From positions 1 through 64,000 of the forward strand of contig JAPMXV010000038.1 in NCBI GenBank assembly GCA_026936335.1: DNA of 64,000 nucleotides, read 5' to 3'. Position 1 is the first letter of the stretch; each line of letters opens with the position of its first letter. Positions 34,952-47,453 of the stretch are shown piece after piece. The notes below the pieces were generated by a model. It was not told the origin of the DNA and ran no database searches. It was given only the letters and a program-made list of their open reading frames with translations. The stretch is from Mantamonas sphyraenae STR306 (taxonomy: Eukaryota; Protista; CRuMs). The position numbers and the translations under genes are program-made.

Positions 34952-35935
34952 TCACGCCTTGCTCGCTCGCTTCGGCGGGTTCAGCACGCGTTGAACCACT
35001 GCGCGCTGAGCCTGTTCGGCCGCTTCCAGCGTGCCATCGATGTTGCGCACCAGTACATGGGCCCCCTTGGTGCCCATGGCATCCACAGAACCCACATCTG
35101 TGACCACAAACGCAAAGCGGCCAGAATCGTGCGGAACGCCGGCTTCGTTGGGCAACGCCTTTTCTGCCTGCTTCCTCCACGCCTCAAACTGAGCTTGTGC
35201 CTCTTCTTCACGCTCCTGCCACATTTGACGTGCGTCCACACCGCCTGACTGCTGTGTGTTGCCCTTTCCTGCACTCTGGCCCACCTGCGGCGCCTGCACG
35301 TGGTAGCCAAGATTCGGACTGCTGCGCAGGCCCTCCTGCGCCGTATCCACGCGGTTGGCTGCCGTACGCGTGTCGTTGAAGCCCGATTCGCCAAGGATGC
35401 TGTTGACCAGAAGCTCTGCGCTGTCGTCCAGCGAACGTCCGGCCTCTTCCAGCGCCGCCTCTTCCTGCATGAGCCGCAGCGTCGAACGCACACGCTCGAT
35501 GCGCACACCAAAGTGCTGCGACAGACTGGCATGCGTCCACTTCTCTCCGTCCTCCTGCCACAGTGCATACATGTTTTCCCGCGCCGCTCGCGTCAGCGGA
35601 CGCTGTGCTTTCACCTCCGCCTCCACCGGCTCTCGCATGCCCGCCACCACGCTCGCGTCTTCGTTCCGCCGCCCCTGTCGTCGCCCCTGCCCTCCCCTCC
35701 TTCCGCCGTAGCCTCCACCCGTGCCTCGCCGTCCTCCGCCCCTCTCCTGTCCATTGCTGTACATCATGCACGCCTGCACCACGCCGCCGTGGCTCGACCC
35801 AGCGCTTGTCCCTGTGCGTCCGACCACAAGGCCTTCGCCAAGCCCCACCGTGCCCATGGACACCTCCACTTCGCCCAGCCTCTGCCACGCCACTCGTCCT
35901 GCTGCCTTGCCTCCCTGACGCACACGTGCAAGCAT
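34952..35935 (-). CDS. Mitoribosomal small-subunit protein mS45 (Bot1/MRPS35-like)
   Basis: Arg-rich presequence MLARVR; LTRAARENMY..LSQHFGVRIERVRSTLRL helix-turn-helix-like motif; VRNIDGTL. Confidence 0.6.
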   Translation of the reverse strand: MLARVRQGGKAAGRVAWQRLGEVEVSMGTVGLGEGLVVGRTGTSAGSSHGGVVQACMMYSNGQERGGGRRGTGGGYGGRRGGQGRRQGRRNEDASVVAGMREPVEAEVKAQRPLTRAARENMYALWQEDGEKWTHASLSQHFGVRIERVRSTLRLMQEEAALEEAGRSLDDSAELLVNSILGESGFNDTRTAANRVDTAQEGLRSSPNLGYHVQAPQVGQSAGKGNTQQSGGVDARQMWQEREEEAQAQFEAWRKQAEKALPNEAGVPHDSGRFAFVVTDVGSVDAMGTKGAHVLVRNIDGTLEAAEQAQRAVVQRVLNPPKRASKA

Positions 35936-36011
35936 TTGTAGCGGTCTTGTATTGTGTGCGCGCTCGCTTCACCTGCGCCGCGTCAGCCAAAACCCACTCA
36001 CCACCACCACC

Positions 36012-37719
36012 ATGGGCAACCTGTGCAGCAGTGGAAGCAACTCGGAAGAGAAGAACAAGTCGGACAACATCGACGCCGAGCTGAAGAAGGCCAAGGCAGA
36101 CCTCGACGAGGAGGTCAAGCTCCTGCTCCTGGGTGAGTTTGTCCCTCTTGGCCAAATTTCTGCCTCTGGCAAACACACCACACAAACACACACGCACGCA
36201 CTCCTTTCACCCGCCGCTTTGTCGATCCCATCCTACCCGCACACAACGCACACACCATCTCTCTGTGTGTGTCTCTCTCTCCTCGCTGCGTCTTCATAGA
36301 CCATGCCTTGTGCCCAACGACGAGAATTCTCCTCCACCCACTCCACCCCCTGCCTCTCTGCGCTTTTTTCGCTCTCTGGCCACCTTGCAACCGCATTCTC
36401 CGCACGCCATTCCGGTCCCAATATGCGCACCCGCTTGCTGTACACCTGCGTCTCCCTCTCCACCCACCCGCATGCTTCCACCGTGTGCCACAGCCTCGCA
36501 AACGCGCCCGCCCTTCGTCCCGGAGCAAAAAGTGCCCCCTTGCTGGAATTCCACTCGCTCGTTCACTCCAGGCCCGCCCACGCATCCTACACGCCGCGCA
36601 CGCCCTCGCTCACACTCTCCCGTCCCTCTCGCAGGTGCTGGCGAGTCTGGCAAGTCCACCATTGTCAAGCAGATGAAGATTATCATGCAGGACGGCTACA
36701 AGAACGATTCCGAGCGCGCCGCCTTCAAGGACGTCATCTACAGCAACACCATGCAGTCCATGAAGGTCCTCGTCAAGGCTTGCACCAAGCTCGGCATCCC
36801 TCTCGCCGAGGAGGCCAACCAGGTACGCTTCCTTTCCTCGCTGCCGCCAGTCCGCGGCCTGTCCGCTCTGCAGGCCTTGCACCTCTGTTTTTTTTCGTCC
36901 ACGCATCTCGACGCCCAAACGCGCAAAATAACGACGCTCACATTCAACACCCAACCGTGACCACAGGAACTGGCCGATCGCCTGCTCGAGATCAACGCAA
37001 GCGGCGAGAACTTCACCGCAGAGATTGGCGGCTGGATCAAGGCCCTGTGGGCTGACAACGGCATCCGCTCTGCGTACACACGCCGCTCGGAGTTCCAGCT
37101 CAACGACTCTGCCAGCTACTACTTTGAGAGCATCGACCGTATCAGCAACACCAACTACCTGCCCACCACCCAGGATGTCCTCCGCTCTCGCGTGCGCACC
37201 ACAGGTATCGTCGAAATCGACTTCAACTTTGGCGGCGTCAAGTTCCGCATGTTCGACGTCGGCGGACAGCGCAACGAGCGCAAGAAGTGGATCCACTGCT
37301 TCCAGGGTGTCACTGCCGTCATCTTTGTCGTCGGCATCTCCGAGTACGACCAGAAGCTGTACGAGGACGAGGCACAGAACCGCATGAAGGAGTCCCTGCT
37401 CCTCTTTGACGAGATCTGCAACTCCCGTTGGTTCATCAACACCTCCATGGTCCTCTTCCTCAACAAGAAGGATCTTTTCCAGGAGAAGATCAAGAAGGTG
37501 CCCCTCAGCTCCTGCTTCCCTGACTACGAGGGAGGCGACGACTACGAAGTCGCCGTCCAGTTCATCAAGGACAAGTTCGAGGAGCTCAACCGCAGCGAGT
37601 CCAAGGAGATCTACCCGCACGAGACCTGCGCCACAGACACAAAGAACATCGAGTACGTGTTCAACGCCGTCAAGGATATCATCCTCAAGAGCAACCTGCG
37701 CCAGTCCGGTTTCCTTTGA
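36012..37719 (+). CDS. Heterotrimeric G-protein alpha subunit
   Basis: [60 protein letters not shown]; two introns. Confidence 0.98.
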
Positions 37720-37813
37720 TCACCTTCACACGTCGTCGTACACCCCCCCACGCGATGTCCAATCCCCGTTTCGATTCAGCACTCAACACCAACAGAGAAA
37801 CTTCAGTCCACGT

Positions 37814-37846
<33 letters not shown>

Positions 37847-37924
37847 ACGCGCATGTGGGCGTTCGACGCAACAAAAGAAACAAACACGATTCCAGTGCCC
37901 ATGTTTTCGGATTCCATTTCCTTC

Positions 37925-38699
37925 TCAAATGGCCAGGCCATACACCGTCACCACGCAGTACATCGAGTTCTTTTCCCAGCGCACTGTGCACGATCCGTCC
38001 ACGGTGTTGTCCCAATAGCACGAGCTGGCCGTGTGCAACCCGGCGCCGTTCTTCTGCATAATCACACACGTCACCACATACTTAAACGGCTTGCTCAGCG
38101 ACGCCAAACGGTTCAGGCACTGTTCAATCACACTGCTGGTCCACTGGCCCACCTTCTTGTGGTTGTAGCTCTGTGTTTGCAGCGTCGTTTCAATCGACTG
38201 CGTGATTTCACCGCCCGGTTTCTTCCGCGTTAGTTGCTCCCCCCAACCTCCTTCCTCGCCCATCACATCCTCCCATCATCAGTCACACATCGTACACACA
38301 ACTCTAGCCACCATCCACGCCCATGCATCCGTTCCCTCTGCTTCTCCTTTCGCCGCAATCACCCCTGCCAAGGGTAGCCGTTGGCGCCCAAACGCCTCTT
38401 TGGCCTTCCAAACCGTCCTTGCCACCTGCCCCACCCACGCTTCTGGCCCCAACACACACATCCTCCCCATCACCCGCCCACCCTTCTCCTACTGTCCCTC
38501 TCTTCACTTACATCGCGGATGATTTTGTTCACGTCTGCGCTTACAAAAGCGCTCTGTGCCGCGAGTCCACATCATCCACCATCGATCACCACCGTTGTTA
38601 GCCCCTCCTCGCTCTGCGCTCTTCACCACCGTCCCCAACAATCCAACCCTCACGTACCTCCTCGGCTCCAGACACCTCTTCCAGTGCACCCGTGCTCAT
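37925..38699 (-). CDS. DYNLT1: Dynein light chain Tctex-type 1
   Basis: Three exons; [37 protein letters not shown]. Confidence 0.96.
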
Positions 38700-38754
38700 G
38701 TGGAAAGAAGGAATCTGCTATGTTTATGTTGGCGATCCCCACGCCCTGCCTTCG

Positions 38755-41700
38755 TCACTCCTCACCACCAGAAAACATCGCCAACAAACCCGCCTTGCCT
38801 CCACTCATGCTCTCCTCCTCACCCGACCGCCCATCTGCTGCATCCTTCCCCTTGACCACAAACAGCTTCTCGGGCAGATCCAAAATCCCGTGGTTTCCCA
38901 CCCGTTTGCGCCTGCGTGTCCCTCCTCCAACGACCCCTTTACCCAACCACGGCTCCAACAGTGTGCGCATCACCTGTCTCTGTTGCTTCTCGCTCTTGGC
39001 CTCCACCAGCGCCATGTGCGCATCCTCCAGTTCCCGCCCGCCCACTCCCGGCAACTCAAGCATCACCTCCGTCACAGACTCATCCAGCTCCGCAAGCTCC
39101 ACGTATGCAATGCGCACAATGTCCAGCAGTTCGCTCAGCACCTCCGACTCCAGCTCCTCCCGACCAAGCGCCTCCAACGCCGTCGGCAACACATCGCGTC
39201 CGATCATCTCGCCCCACGCATCCAGTAGATCCCGCCCGTCTTCAAACACCATCCGCACCAGGTAGTTACACAACTGCGCCGCTTTGCGACACGACACACT
39301 GTCTGGACACAGCATACAGCCCATCAGCGTCTCCATCACCACGCCCCCCACGTCCGCCCCCATCACCAGCAAACACAGTTCCGTCGGTTCCGCCTCCTCT
39401 CGGCTGCGTCCACTCACAAACATCACCTCCGTCAGAAACTCCAGATACACTCGTGTCAGCTGTCGCAGCACAATGTCGTCCACAATCTCTTCCTCTTCGT
39501 GGCCCTGCTCCTCTTCGTCCTCCTCCCGTGCCACAATCTCCTCCCATTCCTTGCTCAGTCGCTCTTGCATGTGTTGCACAATGTACGGCACCACCTCATC
39601 CAGCGCCTGCGTCAGCACCGATTCGGGACACAACCCGATGAAAAGTCGCAGAAAGTTTTTGATGAATGCGCGCAGGTGCCTGTTCTCCCAGTGCTCCAGG
39701 TGGATGCACACTCTGTCTTGCATCCACTCGTTCAGCTCGGGCAGACAGAAAAAGTCGTACGAACCCACACGTGCGCACTGCGCAAGAAACCCGTAGCACA
39801 CGTCCCGGACGTTGTGCATCCACAGACTCACCGTCCGCACATTCCTCTCCTCCATACTCATGCTCTCTGTGTCCACAGGCACGTCTCCCAGCCCCATCAG
39901 CGCAAGCTGCTCTTCGTTCAACAGCGCAAACGCGTCCTCCCACCCGTCGCCCAAAATCCCCTTGCGCACATCGGGCACCCACAGCATATGCACACACCGG
40001 ATCAGTTGACACACGTTTGGCAGCACCGCACACATCGCCTGCCAGAACGGATGCCTCGCAAACGGCTGGACCCTTCCCGTCCTCTCCAGCCTCCGCCATG
40101 TAACCGCTCTCCCACAATTCCTTCTCCCCCTTTGGCACCTTGCAGTGGTGAAATACCTCGTACAGCTGCAGCATCATTCCCTGTAGCCTCTTTTGATTGA
40201 CCCGCATCTCTTCGTCAAACGGCTCGTCCCTCACATTCTCGGTCAGTCCCAGAAACTCTGCCAGCGCCTCGGGCGACTCCACTAGCGCACTAAAGTCCTT
40301 TGACACAAACTCGTCGACCACTTCGCCCACCACAAGCTCCACAAGCTCTTCCTGCCGCTCAAACGTCTGCGACTCGTTGCCAATCAGCACCGGCAGGACA
40401 CACAGCATCGCCTTGTCTGCCTCACGCGCACCTCCCATCACCTGGCTACACCTGTCCATCACCTCCTCCAGCCTTTCGTACAGCTCCTGGCTCAATTGTT
40501 TGCACAGGCTCGCCAGCGCGTACACAGCCCGCCTCCTCACCGCGTTGCTTCCTGCCGACAACAGATTCACGTTTGTCCCATCGGCCTCTTCATCTTCGCT
40601 GCGAAACTCCACCAGATCAAACAGTTTGTCCATCACACGATCCAACTGCGCCTGTTCCACACGCAGATACTCCACAAACGACTGCAGCGCCTGCACCTGC
40701 TTGCTCAGCATCAATGCGTCCCCGTTTGTCCGCTCGTCCATGTCCAGCACCAACGAAAACAGCGCTTCCAGGTCGTCCACCTCAAAGCCCTTCATCCCCC
40801 GGCCCTCAAACGCTTTCATCGGCCAAGCCTTGAGCATGTGCTCCACGAAACACACCGCTGCGTCCATGTACACGTACGCTGGTGAACGCACTGTGCAGCT
40901 GCCCATGTCCTCCTGCCCCTCCAACAGTTCTCGGAGCTGCTCGTACGCCGCTTCCATCGCCTCTGGCATGTGTGCTGTCGCCACCAGCCGGATCGTGCGC
41001 ACCATCACGTTCCGTGTGTTGGCCATAAACAGCTGAAACTCCCGCGAGCCATCAAACTCCACCGCCGCATACTCGGCTGTGCTTGCCACCTGTGCATCGT
41101 CGATCTCATCGTCCACTTCCGGGTCGCCCACCTTGAGCAGCTTGCGCTGGATCGTGCCCAGAAGCTGCTCCACATACGGTGCCATGTGCCTCGTCTGCAT
41201 GCGTGCTATCAGCTCTGTCTCCACGTACAGTGCATTCCAGCAGGGCCAAGTGAACGAGCTCAGCAGCGGCGACGGATGGTTGCTGAACGTCAGCATCAGT
41301 CGCACAAACGACTCCAAATGCTCGTCCGAGCTCGCTTGCACCACCTCGGCGTGCTGCATCCCGAACACATTCATCAGTCGGCACAGTTTCTTGTGGAAGG
41401 CATAGTCTGCATCTGCATCGTCTGACAGCGTGTTCATCGCCTCCCCCAGCTGCTCCACAAGCAGGCCAAACAGCTCCGGCAGCATTTCCTCGTGTGCATC
41501 CATGCTTGCCGGTCGCGGCTCAGCCACCTTGCGGCTGGCCAGCAGGATGAGACAGTCGCAGGCAGGCATGCGGAATGCTGTCTCATGCAGCAGCGTCACA
41601 AGCATCTCGGCAAACGGATGTTTGCAGACCAACACCGGCGACACCCAATCCACAAACGACTGCAACGCACCCACTGTCGCCTTGACCAGCAGCGTGCCCG

Positions 41701-42597
41701 TTGCCACGGCTTCCTCGTCCACACTGCCATCGGTCAGCGCGTAGTACCACTCTTCCAGCACCGTGTGCAGCAGCTGAAAGATGTCTTCCGCGCACGCGTT
41801 CAGTCCGCGCAGCATATCGTCACGACGCGTCGTACTCAGACCCGTGTTGTACAACAGCACATTCTCCGGAAGTGCCTTGAGCACCAGCAACACCAGCTCG
41901 ATTTGTGTTTCCACTCCCTCGCCCTCACACATCGCTAGCAAGTCGTCCACCAGCGTCTTCCACTGCTGCGGCCACTCCCGCTTGGCTATTTCCACCACCA
42001 GATCTGCCACGGCCACTTTGATGAACCGTGCCTCGTCCAGCAGGTTCAGTGTGCCCTGTGGTGTCCAACGTGCACGCGTCCACACTGTGTCAGCCGCGAA
42101 AGAAAGCAAAGCCCCCACACCCCGTTGACGATGCACACCTCGCATGCCACACGTCACGCCGCTCACCTCTGCCACCAGCTGAAGCGCTGTCGTCTTGAAC
42201 TGCTCCTGGAACTCCTCGTTCATCTTGTTCCAGTGGTGAGTCACTGCATGCGTCAGCAGTTGCAGGCCATACCGCCGCACTAGCGGTTGCTCGTGATTCT
42301 GCGCGCCCAGTCCCGTTTGATCGTCCAATGTCAGCCCTCCGCTTCTGTCCACACTCGACTCTTTGGCCCATCCTACCACGGCCCCACGCCCGTCCATCAC
42401 CATGTCTGTGTGTTTCCGTGTCCATGTCCACTCACCAATGCCATTTCATAGCCATACTCGGCCAGTTCGTCTTTGCTCCCGTCCTCCATAAACTCCCGCT
42501 GCAGGTCCAGAGCCTCCTGCACCTTGCTTGCCCGTGTGCCTGGCTCTGCACTTGTCATCACAGCCCCAACCAGGCTGTCCAGCAATTCTGCGTCCAT
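38755..42597 (-). CDS. XPO5: Exportin-5/Msn5 family karyopherin (apparent frameshift near 40080)
   Basis: VRRYGLQLL..W, VEIAKREWPQQW, RRDDMLRGL, FVDWV, YAFHKKLC, HLRAFIKNFL. Confidence 0.85.
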
Positions 42598-42676
42598 TGA
42601 CATTTCTGGAAGAGGTCAGAGCTGAGTCAAGCTGTGCAGATTTGCTCCGCCGTGCGCACCTCAACCACAACGGGTC

Positions 42677-43968
42677 ATGTCCCGTCCCTCCTTCCTCACC
42701 ATGCTCAACCAGCAGCGCTTGCTGCCCACCCTCAAGCCTGCCTTGGAGTACATCCTCACGGTCGTCGCCTCTCGCCACCCAGAGTACAATCTGTGGCTCG
42801 ACTCCATGGACGAGCTCTTTGCTCTCTTTGCCTTCTCCCTTGAACGCACCTTTCTCAACCGCTACGGTACGTCCTGCACCCGCCGCGTGCGCGCCATCCT
42901 CCACGAAGCTGACCTTGGCCTCCCTCAAACACAGATGCCTCCTATTCCGAACACTTTTACAACCTGAAACGCGTGCGCACCGAGCCGGAAGTCCTTGCCC
43001 AGTCCGCTCTTTCGTCCTCTCGCATCGCCTCCAACGTCCAAGGCAACGACCGCAAACTCCTCATCGCTGCCATGGACGCCCAAAAACGTGGCCTGAACCA
43101 GTTGGACCGCGAACTCACCGCCCTCGCTCTTGCGCTGGCCCCGTACCTGAAGGCCAAGCTCGACAAATGGTACCAGCGCAGACTCCTCGGCGTCCACGAC
43201 GAACAGGACCAGCGTGCTCGCGACCTCCTGGGAATCAATGTAATGGACATCGACGCACAGCAAGACACTGTCCCTGTCGCCGAAGAGGTCCAGGACGACG
43301 ACGACACCGACACCGACAGCGAGTCCCTTGCCACGTCGCTTTCGTTGCTCTGGAACAGAGCTTCTCTCTGGACCCAAGACACCCTCTTTGCCATCTATCC
43401 TTATTGCCATGCCTCCTACCAACTTGCCTCGTTCCTCTCGCACCTCCTCTACCTGTACGGCCACAGCGACTACTACTCGCCCGTCGACCGTCTCCTAGGC
43501 ACACGCGTCATTCACCTCTCCCAAACCGAGCTCCACGCACGCTCCATTCTTCAGGCCCAGCAGCGCCAGCAGCAGCTCGATTCCATCCGTGGCTCGTCGC
43601 CCTTTGCCGCCTTTCAGCGCCGCGTCGTCCGCTTGTTCTTCAACCTGCAGGACAAGAGCGTGTACATTCTCCCCTTTACCGTCTTTCTCTATCGCTTCCT
43701 CCAGTGGTGGTACTCCGACGCAAACCGCGTCCCCGACGAGCAGCTGCCTGTGCCGCCTCCGCCCCCGGCGCCCAAGGCGACACATCTCGCCGCCCCGCGT
43801 AGCACCCTCTGCCCACTGTGTGGCCATGAGCGCACAGATCCGACCGCCACACCGTCGGGTTTTGTCTTTTGCTACGCCTGCATCTCCCAGTACGTCTCCA
43901 CCGAAGGCGAGTGCCCCATCACCAAGCAGCGCTTCAACCCCGACCTGCTCCTGCGTCTCCACCAGTGA
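42677..43968 (+). CDS. PEX12: Peroxin PEX12 (RING E3)
   Basis: RPSFLTML..LKPALEY, YSEHFYNLKR, PYLKAKLD, RFLQWWY, CPLC..PSGFVFCYACI..CPIT; one intron. Confidence 0.93.
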
Positions 43969-44038
43969 CTGAGTGAAGTGTTGTGTGGTGATCCTTTGTT
44001 CCATTTTGTCACTCGTCCCCTCCTCTGTGCGGTCTCAA

Positions 44039-47000
44039 TCAATCGTCCTCGTCGCTGTTCTCGTCGTCGTCGTCGTCCAGCACAACCCGCCGTTTCTTCT
44101 TCAGCTGCTGCCTTCCCTTCTTCTTGCGCTTCGACAACACCAGCATGGCTTCTTCTTCTTCCTCCTTTTCCTGTTCTCGCTTGCGTTTCTCCTCGCGTGC
44201 TGCCTTGCGCAGCGCTGCTTGCTGTCGTTTCCTCTCCTCTTCCTCCTTTCGCTGTCGAATGTGCTCCTCGTCCTGCCGCGACTCCTCCTCCATGTCCAGT
44301 TCGTCCTCGTCTCCCGCTGCCACTTCGTGTCCGTGTGTGCTTCCACGGCTCGACCCAGACTCGTCGCCGCGCATAGCCAGCGCCATCACATCAAACTCGT
44401 TCCCGTCGTCCTCTGGCCTCTCCTCTGGCCTCTCATCACCCTCCGACGCATCTGTTCCCTGTTGCGGCTCCTCTCCAATCCCATCGTGTGCCTCCATCTC
44501 CTCCATCATCCTGTCTGCGTCCACCGTGCCCAACGCCATGTTCAGCGGCGACACCATCGCGCGCAACTCCTGCGCCGTCACATCTGCAGGCAGCACCCAA
44601 ACCTCTTGGCGACGCACAAAACCCATGCTGGCCAACAGGCGCACAAAGTGGCCGTTCTTCAGGCACGCCTTGGAACTGTTTGAGAGCACAGGCACAACAA
44701 ACTCCGCTCGCTCGTCTGCTTCCTTCATCGCCTTGGCGTCGCCCACAAGGTCCAACAGCCAGCACAATGCCCCAAATGCACCCTTTTGGCCCTTGACCTT
44801 GTCCAACAGCTCCTTGCTCAACCCTGTGCTGCCCTCTCCGTCGTGGCTCCCACCGTCGGCCTCTGTGGAGGCTCGCGGCCGCTCTTGCCCACGCACATGC
44901 ATCAGACCCAGCTTGCGCACCTGCTCAGCCAGCGACTCGGGCGTCTTGTCCAGGTACAGGCTGCACAGCACCTCCATGGGGTCCTCCTTGTGGGCAAACT
45001 GGAGCCAGTCTGCTTTGAGTTGCTCAATTTGCTTCGCTGTCCATGGGCTGCCCAGATCCAGTTCCTCGTCCTGGCCACGCTCGTCCTCTTCGGCTTGACG
45101 CTGCTTGGCGCTGCGTTGCATCTCCTCCTCCACCTCGTCGACGTCCCTGTGCACGCGCCCGTGGATGCGCAACGTGACAAGGTCGTCCCGTTTCTTCCAG
45201 AACAGTGCCTCTGCGAGCACACTGGGGTGCTTCTGTGCGTACCGCACAAACTGTCCACCCACATACTTGGCAAACGAGATCAGCGACGCAAACTCGGGCC
45301 GCCTGCGCACGCTCTGGTCTTGCAGGATGCGATCAAACAGCTCCAGCACGCTCAGCTGGAAGAAGATGGTAAACATGTCGTTGTGGACGCCCATGCGGTG
45401 ACACAACTTCACAATCATGTGGTTCAGTTCGGTCGAGTTGGTGGCGTAGCCCTGCAGCAGCCAAGTCAGGTTGGCCACCACCCTGTTGTCCACCAGGCCT
45501 GCCACAACCTCGCGCATGTCCTCGGCTCGTGCCGATTTCTCCACCATGCTCTCCATCAGCTTGAGCCACACGTGCTGCGTCTCCAACACGGTTTCCAGCA
45601 GGCGGCGCGGACGTGCACGTGGATTGTTGTGTCGAAGCAGCGGATGCAACAACGCCGACGCCGTCTCCTCGTCTGCGCCATGTTTGCGCACTGCGGCCAG
45701 GGCATACTCACGCGTGCGCGACTCGGCACGCTCGTGGCTCATCAGCATGTGCATGCGCATGATTTCCGACATGCAGCGCAGATTCACCACCAGGGTATCC
45801 CACTCCTTTTCTGTCACCTTGGCCTTGTGGGTGTTTACCAGCGCCAGGAAGAACGAGTGGTCCATCGTCGTCACAACACACGACATGTCCAGCTGAGTCG
45901 TCTCCTCTGTGTCCAACACCTCCTGCTGGTGCAGCCTGTGGAACCGCGTAAAGAACCAGCACAGATACTGGATTTGGTGCTCCTCCTCCCGATGCAACGT
46001 CTCGCCACGGCCCTGAAAGGCTTCACGGAACGTTTCCATCAGTGCGTTGTAACACCCTGTCTGCAGGAAACTGTGTGCCAGCATGTTCAGCAGCTGCAGC
46101 GGTTCGTGGCGCGGCAGATAGTGAAACTCGGGCTTGTCTTGTTCTCGCTGCCTGCGCGGTCGCTTTCGCTTCTTGAACTTGTAGTTGGTTACCGAAGCCA
46201 CAAGTTCGCCCGCTTGCTTGTTCTCCACCAGACGCTGGCCCTTTTTGAAACCGGGCACCACAAACGTGCCGCCGAAGCGATCGTGTCGACTGCGCTTCGA
46301 CGAGGACGAAGAGGACGAGGAAGAAGAGGCCGTCGATGCGGCCAGAGCCTCCAACGCAGACAGAGTGTTGCTGCGTGCCGCGTGCTCCAGCTGCAGCACC
46401 GCCCCCGGCTCGGGAGGCTGAAAGACCTCGTCGGGCGTTCGGCCACGGAACAGCAGGTAAAAGGTATGCAGGAGCAGGATGTGCCACTGGGAATCCTCCT
46501 GCATCTGCTGACCCAGTGCAAGAAACAGCTCCAGGATGCCAGTGTCGTGGTAGGCCTTGAGCAGCGAGTCGTGCATCAGCAGCCTGTGCGAACCCGCCGC
46601 GTTGGCCGTGGGCGACGGATCATCGATTGCCAACAGGTTGCGGAACAGCGTCATGAGCAGTTCGACCATCTTGCGCGCCTCGTTGCTCCTGTCCTCCTCC
46701 ATGGCGCTCATCTGCTCGGCCAGCAGAGTGACCAGTGTTTCCATGGCTTCTTTGTTGAACACAAACGCCTCTTTGTACCGCTGCTGGTACATTTGCTGGG
46801 CCTGCACCACGGGCGCAGACCCTTCTGGAGGCATTGTCAGCATGGTGGCCAATTTCACTGTGTGCCAGCGTGCGTGGTTGCTCCGTGTCAGCTTTGGGGG
46901 GAAAGCGCGCCAAAAACGCGCCAAAAGGCCAAAAGGCGTCTGATCACACTCACCCGCCTGGTACACCAGCGTTGTCTCGTGCGTGTAGTTGAGCAGCAAC

Positions 47001-47394
47001 GGGATGAGATCGTTCTCCACGAGGTTCCACTGGCCCAACTGCAGATGCACCGGCCTTGATGTCACGTCATCACCTAGGAGGTCGTGCTGCAGATCGATCA
47101 GGTTGTCTGTTGTGCGAACGGCACGCCACAAACGAGTGCACCCACTCTTGTCAGCTCCATGCGCACGTAACCATGCACCCACCCACCCACACAACGCCAG
47201 GCTCTCCCCTCTCCTCCGTGTGTGCCTTGTCCATGCCAAGCGTGACACGTCGAGGCAAACTCCACCAACTCACCCCACACGTTTTCGTCCTTGATGTACT
47301 TTTGCGTGCCCTTGTCATCCACCAGGGTGTGCATGCCCAACCCAGAGGCGCACGTCTGCAGCCACGCTGCGTCGTAGGTTTGCATGCCGTCCAT
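44039..47394 (-). CDS. TIMELESS: TIMELESS/Tof1 fork-protection protein
   Basis: CASGLG..KYIKD, LGQWNLVENDLIPLL, LTMP, LFRNLLAI, SRHDRFGGT, LNHMIVKLCHR, FFQLS, EALFWK; two introns. Confidence 0.9.
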
Positions 47395-47453
47395 GTTTGG
47401 GTTGGATGCGGCAGCGTCGCGCAGGCCTGGCCAACCAACGCACACACACAGTC

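Noticed and set aside
44124-47059. Long antisense and alternative-frame ORFs (e.g. 757 aa opposite TIMELESS, and many others)
   Set aside because: Expected shadows of GC-rich coding sequence; no recognisable motifs
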